Below, one piece after another: positions 32,701 through 43,838 of a stretch of DNA of 64,000 bases (position 1 is its first letter; each line of letters starts with the position of its first letter). This stretch comes from Monocercomonoides exilis PA203 (taxonomy: Eukaryota; Protista; Preaxostyla), in assembly GCA_001643675.2 (NCBI GenBank), contig LSRY02000002.1:930001-994000 (forward strand). Direction: 5' to 3'. Below the pieces are notes generated by a model. The model ran no database searches. It was not told the DNA's origin and saw only the letters and a list, made by a program, of their open reading frames with translations. The position numbers and the translations under genes were made by a program.

Positions 32701-35700
32701 TTCCTCCTATCTGACGTATCCTTCGTCCTCTTATCAGAACTCTGCTTATTTGGCTTCCTCTGTCTTTGCCAGCATGAACGGTCACGACATCATCCTTCGC
32801 TCACCTGCGCTTTCTAACAGAAGAGGGTGCAGCTTCCACCCAGAAATCAACGCCAAATCGAGGCAAAAGGCAGAAAAACTGTTCGCGAAGATGCAAAAGC
32901 AGCAGGAAAGCGGAAAAGACTTTGAGAGATTTGAAAACGATTCTCAAACGAAAGACAACAAAAGGGTAGAAGAAGAAGGAGAAGCAATTGGAGATTTCAA
33001 TAATTCCAATGATGCTAATGCAGCTAATCCAGTTGGCACAACCCCGAAAACACCTTCTTCATATTCTTCTTCAGTTACAAGGAGCAGCCAAAGGGCATAC
33101 ATGGGATTTGTGGAGCGAATGGAGCTGGACATTGAAAGAAGGCAGGAAATGAGAGATTCGATGGTAGAGAAGAAAGGGGATGAATGCACGTTCACTCCAC
33201 GCACGATTTCAAGAAGGCCTGAAGAGAAGAAAGGAAAGGAGAAAGAAGAGAAAGAGAAAGAGAAGGAAAAGGGGGATGGGGAGGGAGAGGAAGATGAAGA
33301 AGCAAAGAGAGAGAAAGAAAGGAGGAAAAAGAAAAGAGAAGAGAGAAAGAAAAAGAGTGTGAAGTTCAGTGACGATGATTCAGACAGCGAGAATTCATTG
33401 GAAAGTGTGCTGTCATTGTCTGAAGATTCATATTCATCGAGTCATTATTCGCATAAGCAATTGAATGGAGGAAGAGAAGCAGAAGAAGAAGAGAAAAGCA
33501 ACTCAAGAAGAGAAAAGAAAGATAGAAAAGAAGGAAAAAGAAGAAGTGATTCAAAGAACAGATATTATTCGTCGAATGAAAGAGGAGCCAAAAATGTAAC
33601 CGAAGAGAAAACAGAAAAGGACAAAGGGAAGAAAGCAAGTGAGAGGCTTTATCAATTAGGAATGGAGAAAGAAAAAGAAAAACTGGAAAACGAGTTGATG
33701 CTTATGCAAATGCCAAAGGAACAAAACATCGAGATTACTCCAAAGAAAGAGGCTCATTTGACAAAGGAAAAAGACAAAGAAAAAGACAAAGAAAAAGAAA
33801 AAGGAAAAGGAAATGAAAAGGACAAAACGACAAAAACATCTGCATATTTTGTTTATGAGCAGAATGCATCGTCTCAAACACATTCTGAACAAACAGGAGC
33901 TTCTGTGTCTCCGACTTCACCAACAAGCCCATCCTCTGCTTTATTCACACCTTCTAATCAATTTTCTCCATCGTCTCAATCTCAAACATCACGAACATCA
34001 CAATCATTTCCCTCACCATCTTCTGCTACTTCTGTTACTGCCACAGTATCATCATCTTCCACTCAAACAAAAATCCCTCCTTCTCCCTCTTCCAAGTCAA
34101 ATTCAAACCAACACAGCACATCCACACCTCTCAAAGTGAGTGAAAAACAGGCAAAACTGATTGCTGTGAGGTTTGATGCAGAAGAGAAGCACAAACAGGC
34201 AGTGATTGCTGAGCAGAGAGAGAAAGAGCTGAAGGAGCTGAAAAGGAAGAGCGAAGAAGGCAAAGTGTCGAAAAGATCACAGAAAGTGCTGGGCGAAAAG
34301 GAGAAGAGGATACAAGCAATGTGTGTTGCTCTCCTGCAACTTGACGCAAATTGGAGGAAAGTCAGCTTTTTTAACAAAGAAGACGAAAAAGACAAGGAAA
34401 ATGAGTCCGGGCAATCTTCTGAAAGAACAATAAAAAGGACTTCTTTGAACGCTCATCCAGAACTTGACGATACTCCAGTGAAACTCAGTTCTCCGCCTGT
34501 TCCATTTTCTCCGTATTTCTATTATTCCTCACAAAATGCAATCCAACAAGAGGAGCCATCCAATCAAATGGGCATGAATTTCACTACGATGAGCACTTCT
34601 CCTTCAGAAAACGAGTCTTCCAAGCAAAATGTGTCATTGGCGCACATCACGTCGCACTTGATTGTGTCTGCGCTTTCGCCTTCTGTTGCGCTGGAGCTGC
34701 TGCTTCTGCTGGATTTCGCCTCGCTTCGGTTTGTGAAAAGGGCTACCCCTGTTCCTTTCATGTGGAATAATCAAGAATATGGCAAGCCTTCCTTCCTTCC
34801 CTCGCAGCAATCTCATATCCGGCTGTGTGCGCAGCACCAGCACGACCAGCCATGTTCTCTTCAATCTCCATTTTCTCCTTTGTCCTCTTCTCATTCGCAG
34901 CAGCCACCCATTCAGACTCCATCGCATTCACTTGTTTACTGGGAGCCCCTCTTGACAGTTAATGAAGAGGCACACATTTGCTTTGAGCAGGAGAACTGTG
35001 TTGATGGTTTGTTCTCTCTGATTTCGAGCTTAATGCAACAGAAGCCGCAAACAAAATGGTTTGGAGCGACAATAATGTCAAGGATTTTAAACAAAAGCTT
35101 GCAAAACATTGAGGCAACGGGTAAAGTTCGTGAAATTCAAAGCGCAACAAAAGAAGAAAAAGAAGACAAGACATCTACTGCTACTCCATTCAACATTGAT
35201 AATTCAGCTGCATTTTCTTCCCTCACGCCGGCGGGTATCGAAAACTACTGCATTTCGAAAGGGCTTGCGAGAACTGGCACGCAAAGCGAGGTTGAAGCAG
35301 CTAAAGCGATGAATGTGCATTTGAAGGCAAGTCCAGCGAGGATCAAGAAAGAGCCAGATATTCCAGTCAGACTGCTGACGAGCAAAAGGAATGGACATGG
35401 AATATCTCCTTTCACACCTCTGTCGCCTTTGTCACCTTCTGGGTTGAGCAGTTCTTCTTCACTTAATTCGTCTTCTGCTATACCTTCTGATTCGGATTCT
35501 TCTTCTCCCTCATCGTCATCATCGTCATCATCATCATTTTCTTCTTCTTCTTCTACCACTTCACCTTCTTCTATGTCTCAATGCGAACCATCTCAAGTCA
35601 TTTCTGTTGCAGAATCTTCCACTTTGTCTCCCCAGCTCATTTTTGCTAACCAGAAACCACATCAAACTCGTTCAATCTTCCCTTCATTCACTCACCCCAC

Positions 35701-36820
35701 TCAACAAACACAGCAAACTCAGGAGCCAATACGGGATTCTCGTGTAAATGCTTATAAAAACGAAGCAGCTGCCCAGTTCACATTTCCATTGATGAGCGAA
35801 TCAACGCCTCTTCAGTCATCTTCATCAGATTCTTCTGCTTCTTCTGCCTCTTCTATTTCAAACAAAACATTCTCTTCCGGTGAAGATTCTTTGACAATGA
35901 CGCAACCATCTTCAAATCAAACTTCTTCTTCTTCTGATTCAGAAGAAGAGAAAGAGAAAGAGGAAGAGGAAGCTTCACAGATAAATGAGAATGAAAACGA
36001 AGATATTACCACTAAACAAGAGGAACTTGTGCAAATGGCATCAGAATGTGGAAATTCAGATGTGCTGGACATGGTTAAGAGCATCCTTGGAAGAGATGGA
36101 GAGAAAGAAAAAGAAAAAGAAAAAGAGAAAGAGAAAGAAAATGAAGACAATAATTCAAGTGACGGAGAAGAAAGCGAAAATGAGAAAAAACCAATTGAAA
36201 ATGAAGAAGGTGAATTGAATGAACAAGATATTGAGGAAGAAATGGAGGAAGAAGAAAGGGAAGAGGAAGAGGAAGAGGAAGAAGAAGAAGATAATTCAGA
36301 AGTGGATGTAATTGAAAGTGAAAGTGACAAAGAAGAAGAAGAAGAAGAAGAAGAAGAAGAAAATGATGAACAGTTACATGAAAGGATGAAAAATGAAAAG
36401 GAAGAGGAAGAAAAAGAAGAAATTGATGATGATGAGGAAGATGAAGAAAGCGAATCACAAGCAAACGAAAGTGAAAGCGATAAACAAGATTCTGACACGA
36501 TGAAGCAAAACAATATATCCAAAGTTAATATGAGCCAACAGAAAGAAGAACAAAACCACAAACCAGAAAGTGGAAAATCTGAGAATTTTGAAGGTGAAAA
36601 GCAATCGGTTCAAAGAGAAAGGGCAGATTCTCTCGAAGAACAGCTTCTCAAATTGCAGGATGAGATGGAAGACAGCGATTTTCAAACGAACGCTGACTTT
36701 CTAACTTCTGATCAGAAAATGCCTCAAACTGTAAATGACTTTCAGAATGGAACTTTCAATGATGATGAAGCAGAAGAGAGCTTAGTTCAAAGCGATGAAG
36801 ATTGTTATGAATTTGATTAA
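29749..36820 (+). CDS. Large low-complexity/coiled-coil protein (~2337 aa) with CxFxP repeats and RLY motifs; join(29749..29824,29883..36820)
   Basis: Long ORF 29915..36820 is extended by an upstream ATG exon through phase-1 intron 29825-29882. It has repeats ECTFRPEINKKSR, GCSFHPEINAKSR and ECTFTPRT, and a small N-terminal globular segment LLLVELHLG..LRVRKGDNVEKLCESF. Confidence 0.8.
30881..30949. repeat. (TCT)23 coding microsatellite encoding poly-Ser
   Basis: Perfect trinucleotide run within ORF 29915..36820. Confidence 0.93.
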
Positions 36821-37187
36821 AAAAATTAAGTGCATATATTCTTTGATTTTTGATTATTGTATGTATTCTCCTGAACCTATGATCTTAGATTATCAATATA
36901 ATTTTTTTTTGTTGATTTTCAGCAATTATTTTATTTTGAAGAAATTACAAGATTAAGTCATTATATTGTGAATATTTTTTCATCTGAATTATTTAAAAAA
37001 TAAATTCATCTTTGATCCGAAACTTCACGCGTTCTTCATTCAGACACTGAAAGCAACATATTCTGATGAAAAAAGATTAAGTGTGTACATCAATCTATGG
37101 TGATAATCAATTTCTTTCAAATTCCATATTATAATATTGAGGGCGAATTGATCACAATTCATAAACTCTTTTTTTTATAAAAGAGCG

Positions 37188-38215
37188 ATGCAGACAATTT
37201 CTCTTGAGCCATTAACAGTCCAGTTTGGTTCAATTCAAAAAACGATTCCGTATAACCCTCACTCAACCATCAAGGCTCTTATTTCAAATGTGAGCGTTGC
37301 TTTGAAGATTTCTCCTTCTCGTCTCAGACTCACCTATAGATCTGGAGATAATAAAAAACCTACTGCTCTTACAAACGAAGAATGCACATTAATTGATTAT
37401 CAGATTCCTGCTGGGGCATTAATCAATGCAAAGGATCTTGGAATGCAAGTTGGATATCGAGCTGTTTTTCTGGCCGAGTATTTAGGCCCCTTACTGATTT
37501 TCTGGCTTATCTATCTATTTCCCAATCCAGTTTATCGAGAATTTCTTCCTGGATATGTCAAAGAAAAAACAAATCCAACTCAATATCTTGCATTATTCAT
37601 GTGGACAGCTCATTACGGAAAACGATTGTTAGAATCAGTATTTGTGCATAAGTTTTCTCATGCAACTATGCCTATTTTTAATTTGTTTAAGAATTGTGGT
37701 TATTATTGGGGATTTGCATCATTAATTGCATATGTTGTATTTCACAACGATTACACACCTCCTCCAATGCCATTTCAAATTGCTGGATTTTCCATTTGGA
37801 TTATCTGTGAATATTTGAACTTGAGATGCCACTTGCATCTTGCAAGTCTTCGTTCTTCACCAACAGATACGAAGCATCCAATTCCAACAGATCCTCTTTT
37901 CAGAATATCTGTTTGTCCAAACTACACTTTTGAAATTCTCGGATGGCTAGGATTTAATTTAGTGTGCAACTTCTTTCTTGAATATTAATTATTCACTTTT
38001 CTGATTTTTCAAAATTTAACGTTGTATATTTCTATTTAACCATTTTTTATTTCAACTGTTTATTAAAGGCTACATTCACAATGAACGGAATACTTTTCAT
38101 GGTTGCAGGGTTCGTTCAAATGCTATCATGGGCACAAAAAAAGAAAAAGCGATACATATCAGAGCATCCAGAATATCCAAAGAATCGCAAACTTCTCTTC
38201 CCTTATATTATTTAA
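37188..38215 (+). CDS. TECR: Very-long-chain enoyl-CoA reductase (TECR/TSC13), 306 aa; join(37188..37961,38069..38215)
   Basis: Ubiquitin-like N-terminus, then KDLGMQVGYRAVFLAEYLGP, HYGKRLLESVFVHKFSHATMP, NLFKNCGYYW and CPNYTFEILGW. Exon 2 gives QMLSWAQKKKKRY..EYPKNRKLLFPYII*. Intron 37962-38068. Confidence 0.95.
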
Positions 38216-39064
38216 TTTTCTTTTTCTTTTTTTTTATCAATATAGTTTTTCTTTTTTTCAATAGAAAAATTAAATTGTGATACGTCTGCTTTGAATTTGT
38301 GCGTTTGCGGATTGTATTTGAAAATGAATCATTCTTGCATCCAAACAGTTTTAACTAAAAAACGAAAAAACGTTTTCTTCAAAAAAAGAATGAAAAAAGA
38401 AAATGTTATTGAGAAAATGCATAAAACGCTAAACTTCATTGAAATAGATTTAAACGCTCATGCTTCAATTATTGTTCATTTGAAAGAAGCTGTATTTTTG
38501 AGTTAAACCTCTTTCGATACGTTTTCATTTGTCAAGAATATCTCTGACAGGATTAAGTGACACAATTCAAAACCCAAATTTGTGAATCTTGTTCAATCAA
38601 TATTTTGGAAACTTCACTTTTTTTTGATTATAACTCTTTTGTATATTTGAATAATTCGTAATCACAAAGAGTAACATCCGAAACAAAATACAAGTATTCT
38701 CTTTATCTTTACAAATATAAAATAACTTTAAAGGAAATACATCAAATTATTAAAACTGAAACAGAAAAGATGAAAGAAACAAAACAAAGAGATGAAAAAT
38801 AAGTCTCTTCCTTCCCTTCTAATCACCAAAAATGCAAAAGAAACCAGAACCTTGCAAAAACATCAATAAAATTTCAATATGAATTATATCTCGGAAGGTT
38901 TAATGAAGAGAAGAATAAACTCAGAACTCCTAATCTTTGGAAAATAACATTATTATTTCCAATTAGAAAAATAAGATCAACTCTTGCTTTAGCAAAAATA
39001 TCTCGCTAATCATAATCAAATAGATCAGACTGCATTAGGAGATTCACGCTCCAATCTTTCGCGT

Positions 39065-39832
39065 CTAGAATTTCATGTTCACATATGCATAACTTTTATC
39101 ACAATCTGTGCTGCCAAGTCCATACTTTTTCCCAAATCCTTCATCAGTAAATTGCCACATCATAATTTTGCTTTTAATGCTTTGCAATTTTTTACCCATT
39201 GTGGTGTTTGGGAGAGAACCATCCCACATTGGAAAGTCCATTGCAGTTCCATATTTAAAATAGTATGCACACCAAATTGGATATTTAATATTGTTTGTAA
39301 TAAGTCGATTGAAAATCCAATCACCATTTGCATAAAGAACAACTTTATATCCGGCAGATTTAACCATATCCATGAACATGTTCGATATTTCAGTCATTTG
39401 AGATGCTGAAAGAACGGTTGAGTATTTTGGTTCCATTTCCATATCAAGTGCAACATAACTTGTAATGTGCGTTGATTTAAGACGTGAAATAAAGTGATTT
39501 GCTTGTGATTTTGCATTTGCAACAGCTTGATTGTAATTACTTGAAACAGTGTTGTAATGCCAAGTTGCATAGACATATGCTCCCGCTCCAATTCCAGCGT
39601 TATATGCTGCATTTGTAAATGGTAGAAAAGTGTTATCATCCTTGTTTCCGTAACTTGTTCTGCAAAGAACAGCAGCAATTCCTTTTGATTTTGCAACAGG
39701 TGCATTGAATGATTGCTCCCAGACTGAAAGATCCAAAACATATTGCAACGCGTTTGATTGGTGCGATCCAATTTCCAATTCCCCAGCGCAGTGTGCAGCA
39801 AATGAGAAGAAGTAAAGCAATGTGAAAAACAT
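39065..39832 (-). CDS. Secreted glycoside hydrolase family 25 lysozyme (muramidase), 255 aa, intronless
   Basis: Signal-peptide-like MFFTLLYFFSFAAHCAG, then GH25 motifs VLDLSVWE, G-A-Y (GAGAYVY), catalytic LDME (DxE), VVLY, IWCAYY and MWQFT..G...DCD. Confidence 0.9.
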   Translation of the reverse strand: MFFTLLYFFSFAAHCAGELEIGSHQSNALQYVLDLSVWEQSFNAPVAKSKGIAAVLCRTSYGNKDDNTFLPFTNAAYNAGIGAGAYVYATWHYNTVSSNYNQAVANAKSQANHFISRLKSTHITSYVALDMEMEPKYSTVLSASQMTEISNMFMDMVKSAGYKVVLYANGDWIFNRLITNNIKYPIWCAYYFKYGTAMDFPMWDGSLPNTTMGKKLQSIKSKIMMWQFTDEGFGKKYGLGSTDCDKSYAYVNMKF

Positions 39833-39880
39833 TTTTAGCACAAGTATTTTTAGATCATACCCATTTATAATATCATTTAC
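39833..39880. promoter_or_regulatory. 48-bp head-to-head spacer between the GH25 gene and the PH-like/CXC gene
   Basis: Start codons at 39832 (-) and 39881 (+). Confidence 0.5.
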
Positions 39881-42800
39881 ATGGATCAAATAAATAAACA
39901 AGCATCCACGACACAGCACACCCCACCTCAAGATTCGCATACAAATGGAATGGAAACACTTCGTATTCCTGTTTACTACATGCAATGTGGAAGATTTTTT
40001 GCTGCAACAGAACAAAAAGGCTTTACAATTCCAAAACAGACTTTGTTGCCTCTCTTCTTTGATCATTACACATCAATACATATCTCATTTAATTTAGTAC
40101 TTTCCCCCAATACATTTTCAATTGTTTTAACACAGCCTAAATTTAATTGGACGATTCAGTTGGATGTTTTTTTCAACAAAATTAGAGGTTGTTGTTTAAT
40201 TGAGCCAACTAAAGAAAATTTTACGTGGACTAATTTTGATCATGAGCATACTTTTACGGGACTTTCTAAGTCCCCTCCTCATCCTTCGCAAGCTGTATTT
40301 TTTTTCGATACAACTCACCTTTCTCTTTCAAAAAAACGTTTTTTTGCCGTTCCAGGGAACAATGTCGAGTGGGAGCCATGTGGAGATATAAGCCATGGAG
40401 AAATTCAAAAATGGGGTCGAATTGCATGTTGGTTTGATGCATCATATATTCCGCACATACTTGCTTCGCTTGCTTCATCATCCTTGCCAAATTCAACAAT
40501 TTATCGCACGTTCAGTGCTTTGTGTTCTCAGCATACCATTTGCCCTGTATGTGGACTTCAATCGGATAACGAGGAGTTTGATGAAGCAGGGAATAGGAAA
40601 CGTTCGCAGTCAGAAGCATTAACAAGCTTCATGCAGCATATTGAAAAGAATCACTTTAACCACAAGACTGACAGCAGGCAAAAGGTTGAATCGAAGATAT
40701 TCACTTTCCCTGCAACATCGCCATTGTTTCATCCACTGGCTTCTGTGCGAAATTCTGTGAGGAACTGCGCCATAATCCATGAATATTTGGGATTACTATC
40801 TCTTTCACTTCCAATTCAGCCCAATCAAACGCCAACCGTGACATCTGCTTTGGCAGCGTTATCTTCTTCTCTTTCATCTCCTCCTTCTTTGCTGTCTTCA
40901 CCATCACCTTCACCTTCATCATTTTCTTCTCCTTCATCTCCATCATCCACTTCAACCCCTCTCTTTCCTCTTCTTTCAAACATCATTCCACACCCACCAC
41001 AGCCAAATCGCAGCTCTGTGAGCCTTCTTCCACTTCAAGTGACCACCCATTCTTTGTCTCTGCCCATCCACACACTCACCATCGGCTCTTGGCAGTGCGT
41101 TGACTCGCGTTTTGTGCCATTGTCCTGCACTTTCACTCCGCTTCAGGCAAAAGACGTGTTTGAATTCCTGCGCTGCTCAAGCATTATTGCCTCATCTCAC
41201 ATAACACATTCACAACAGTTCTGTTTTTCGTCCTCGTCTTCATCCAATGCTTCTTCTGCATCTGCTAATGCTTCTTCTTCCTCCACTTCTGGTAATCTGC
41301 TTCTTCCTGCCTCTTCTGCCCCTCTTCTTTCCTCTGCTTCTGAAATCATTAAACCCAACACTCAATCTCTTTTATCTTCTTCCTTTGCCTCCAACGAACT
41401 TGTCCGCTCGGTTGACTCGCTTTCTCAATCTGTTCGTGACTCACTTTCACTTTCTTTGAAGCAACTTCAACAGAAAATTGGAAATAATCCTTCTGTGTCG
41501 TATTCAAGATTCCTATCAAACCAATCGCAGACTGCTTTGAGCAATACATTGAACCAGCTCTATTGTGAACAAATCCAATCACACCCGGCTCCTTCGATGT
41601 TCCTGTCTTCTTTGCTTTCTTCTCCATTTCAGCAATATCTTTCAAATTCTTCTTCTTCTTCCTTTTCTCCATTTCAGAATTCTTTTCCATCTTCTTCAAC
41701 CCCAAAACTCTCTTCTCCGTCTTCTTCTTCTTCTTCCCTTTCTGATCCACAGCTTCTTTCATCTTTCTTTTCAAGCGGCTTTGCACTTTCTCGTTTTCTG
41801 GCTTCGCGATATCGTTTCCGGTTGTCAATGACATTTCAATGGATGGGTGGAACGGAATCTCCCTTATTGCTGGCTGGAATGCAGCTGGCGAAGAAGAAGG
41901 AGAAAGAAAGGGCAGAGAAGGAGAAGAGGAGGAAAGAGAGGGAGAAAAGGAAACTTTGGCTTGTAGAGCTGAAAAAGCTGAAAATGAAAGAAAGAATAAA
42001 CAGAAGAAGAGAAGCGAAAAGGAAGATGGCGCTGGACGAAACAGTTGCACTTAGAAGGACACTTGAAACAGCGCTTTTAGAGGGAAATCAAACAAACACG
42101 AAAAGAATATGGAATGGACAGGATTTAGTTAAGCCACGTAAAGAAGAAGAAGAAGAAGTAATAGAAGCGATTGAAGAAAGAAATCATTCACACAGACATT
42201 CCTCTTCTTCCTCTTCTTCATTACTTGATGCTGGTTCAATTTTCACAGCTACAAAGCGACATTCAAAAAGGCAGCAAAAAAACGAACAAAACAAAGCAAG
42301 AGAACAATTGCCTCAGCTTGATTTTGCATCTGTGATGGGGTTTCCGTTTCCAGAGAATGCATCTTCTTCCTCCCCCTTTTCTCCATCTTTCCCGTCTTTC
42401 AGCAAACTGTCTGGGTTTTCTATGCACAACACAGAAGAAATGTGTCAGAAGGCGATGGCAGCGCTGGTGGATGATGCGTTAGAGGGAGAAGAAGAGGAAT
42501 CGATCTCAGAAAGTGAAAATGATGATGAAGAAGAAGAGGAAGAGGAGGAAGATGAAAGTGAAGAGGGAGAGAGAGAAGAAGAGAAAAATTATTACAATGA
42601 TGACAACAATAAAAAAATGATAGAAGATGAAGAAGAAAACAAATTTGCAATAAATCCAACTCATTCGCTTTCACACACAAAAACTGAAAAAAGCAAAAGA
42701 ACAAAATCGAAAGTTGTATCGAATTCTCTTCAGAAATCAAACTCTGACATTTCTTCAATGTCTGACGAAAAAGACGAAGAACTTGACGAACAAGAGTCAG

Positions 42801-43807
42801 ATTCTGACGCAAAACTGTCTGAAATTACAGAACAGCGAATCAAAAACTGCATTTCCAAAACAGTCAAACAAAAAGGCGATTCGCTTGTTATTTCCACGTT
42901 GAACGAAGAGCATGTTGGTTGGAAGCTGCAGAGAACATTAAATGAAAAAGGAGCAATTTCAACTTCTTTTGCTCCTCTGATTACAACACCGTCTTTACGT
43001 GGTTCTTCTTCTTCCTCCTCCTCCTCCTCTTCTTCTTCTTTGCTTTCTTCTTCTGATTCTGCGTCTTCTTCTTCTTCTTCTTATTCACTACCCTCTCTTC
43101 GCAACACCGCAATCTCCACAACCTTCCCTCTTTCCCCCTCTTCTTCCTCTTCATTGTCCTCTCCTTCCTCCCCTTCTTCCTCTTCTCCCTCACGCCTCCT
43201 CGCCCCTTCTGCCTCAAATGTCTCTTCTTCTTCCCGCACGGCCATCTTCCTCACTGAAGCCAACGTCAACAGCGTTGCCAGGCAGCGTCTGGAAGATCTG
43301 AAAGGGGTGGACACTTTGAGATTTGAGGTGCATTTGTCCCCTCTTCCTTTGGATGAGCTGCTGTTTGAGGAGTTTGGCGTGAATGTGAACACACTGAAGT
43401 CGATTCTGATGTCGCAGTCGCTTCTTTCGTCAGTGGCAGCAAACCCAGCTGCGTTGGATGCAATTTATGGAGTGAATGGCTCTTCTTCTTCTGCTTCTGC
43501 CTCTTCTTCTTCACTTTCTTCTCCATCTTCTGCTTCTTCCTCCCCAAATTCGTTGACTTCTTCACCTTCTTCATCTCCAGCTTCCTCTTCATCTGCATCT
43601 TCTCCTTCCAACACGCAATCACCATCATCTTCTTCTTCTTCCTTTTCTTCTTCTGCTGCTTTTTCAGGCAGTTCTACTTTGTTTGGAGAAGAATGTGTTC
43701 CTCTTTCAGTTACAAAGCAGAAAAAACAGCAGGGCTCATTAGCTGCTGCACTTCAAGATTCAATTGCAAAGTATTCATCATTATCATCATCTTCAACAAC
43801 ATTATCA

Positions 43808-43838
<31 letters not shown>

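Noticed and set aside
39833-40066. 78-aa N-terminal extension of the GH25 ORF overlapping the neighbouring gene
   Set aside because: The ATG at 39832 gives a signal-peptide-like start. The extension is antisense to a real exon and has no GH25 similarity.
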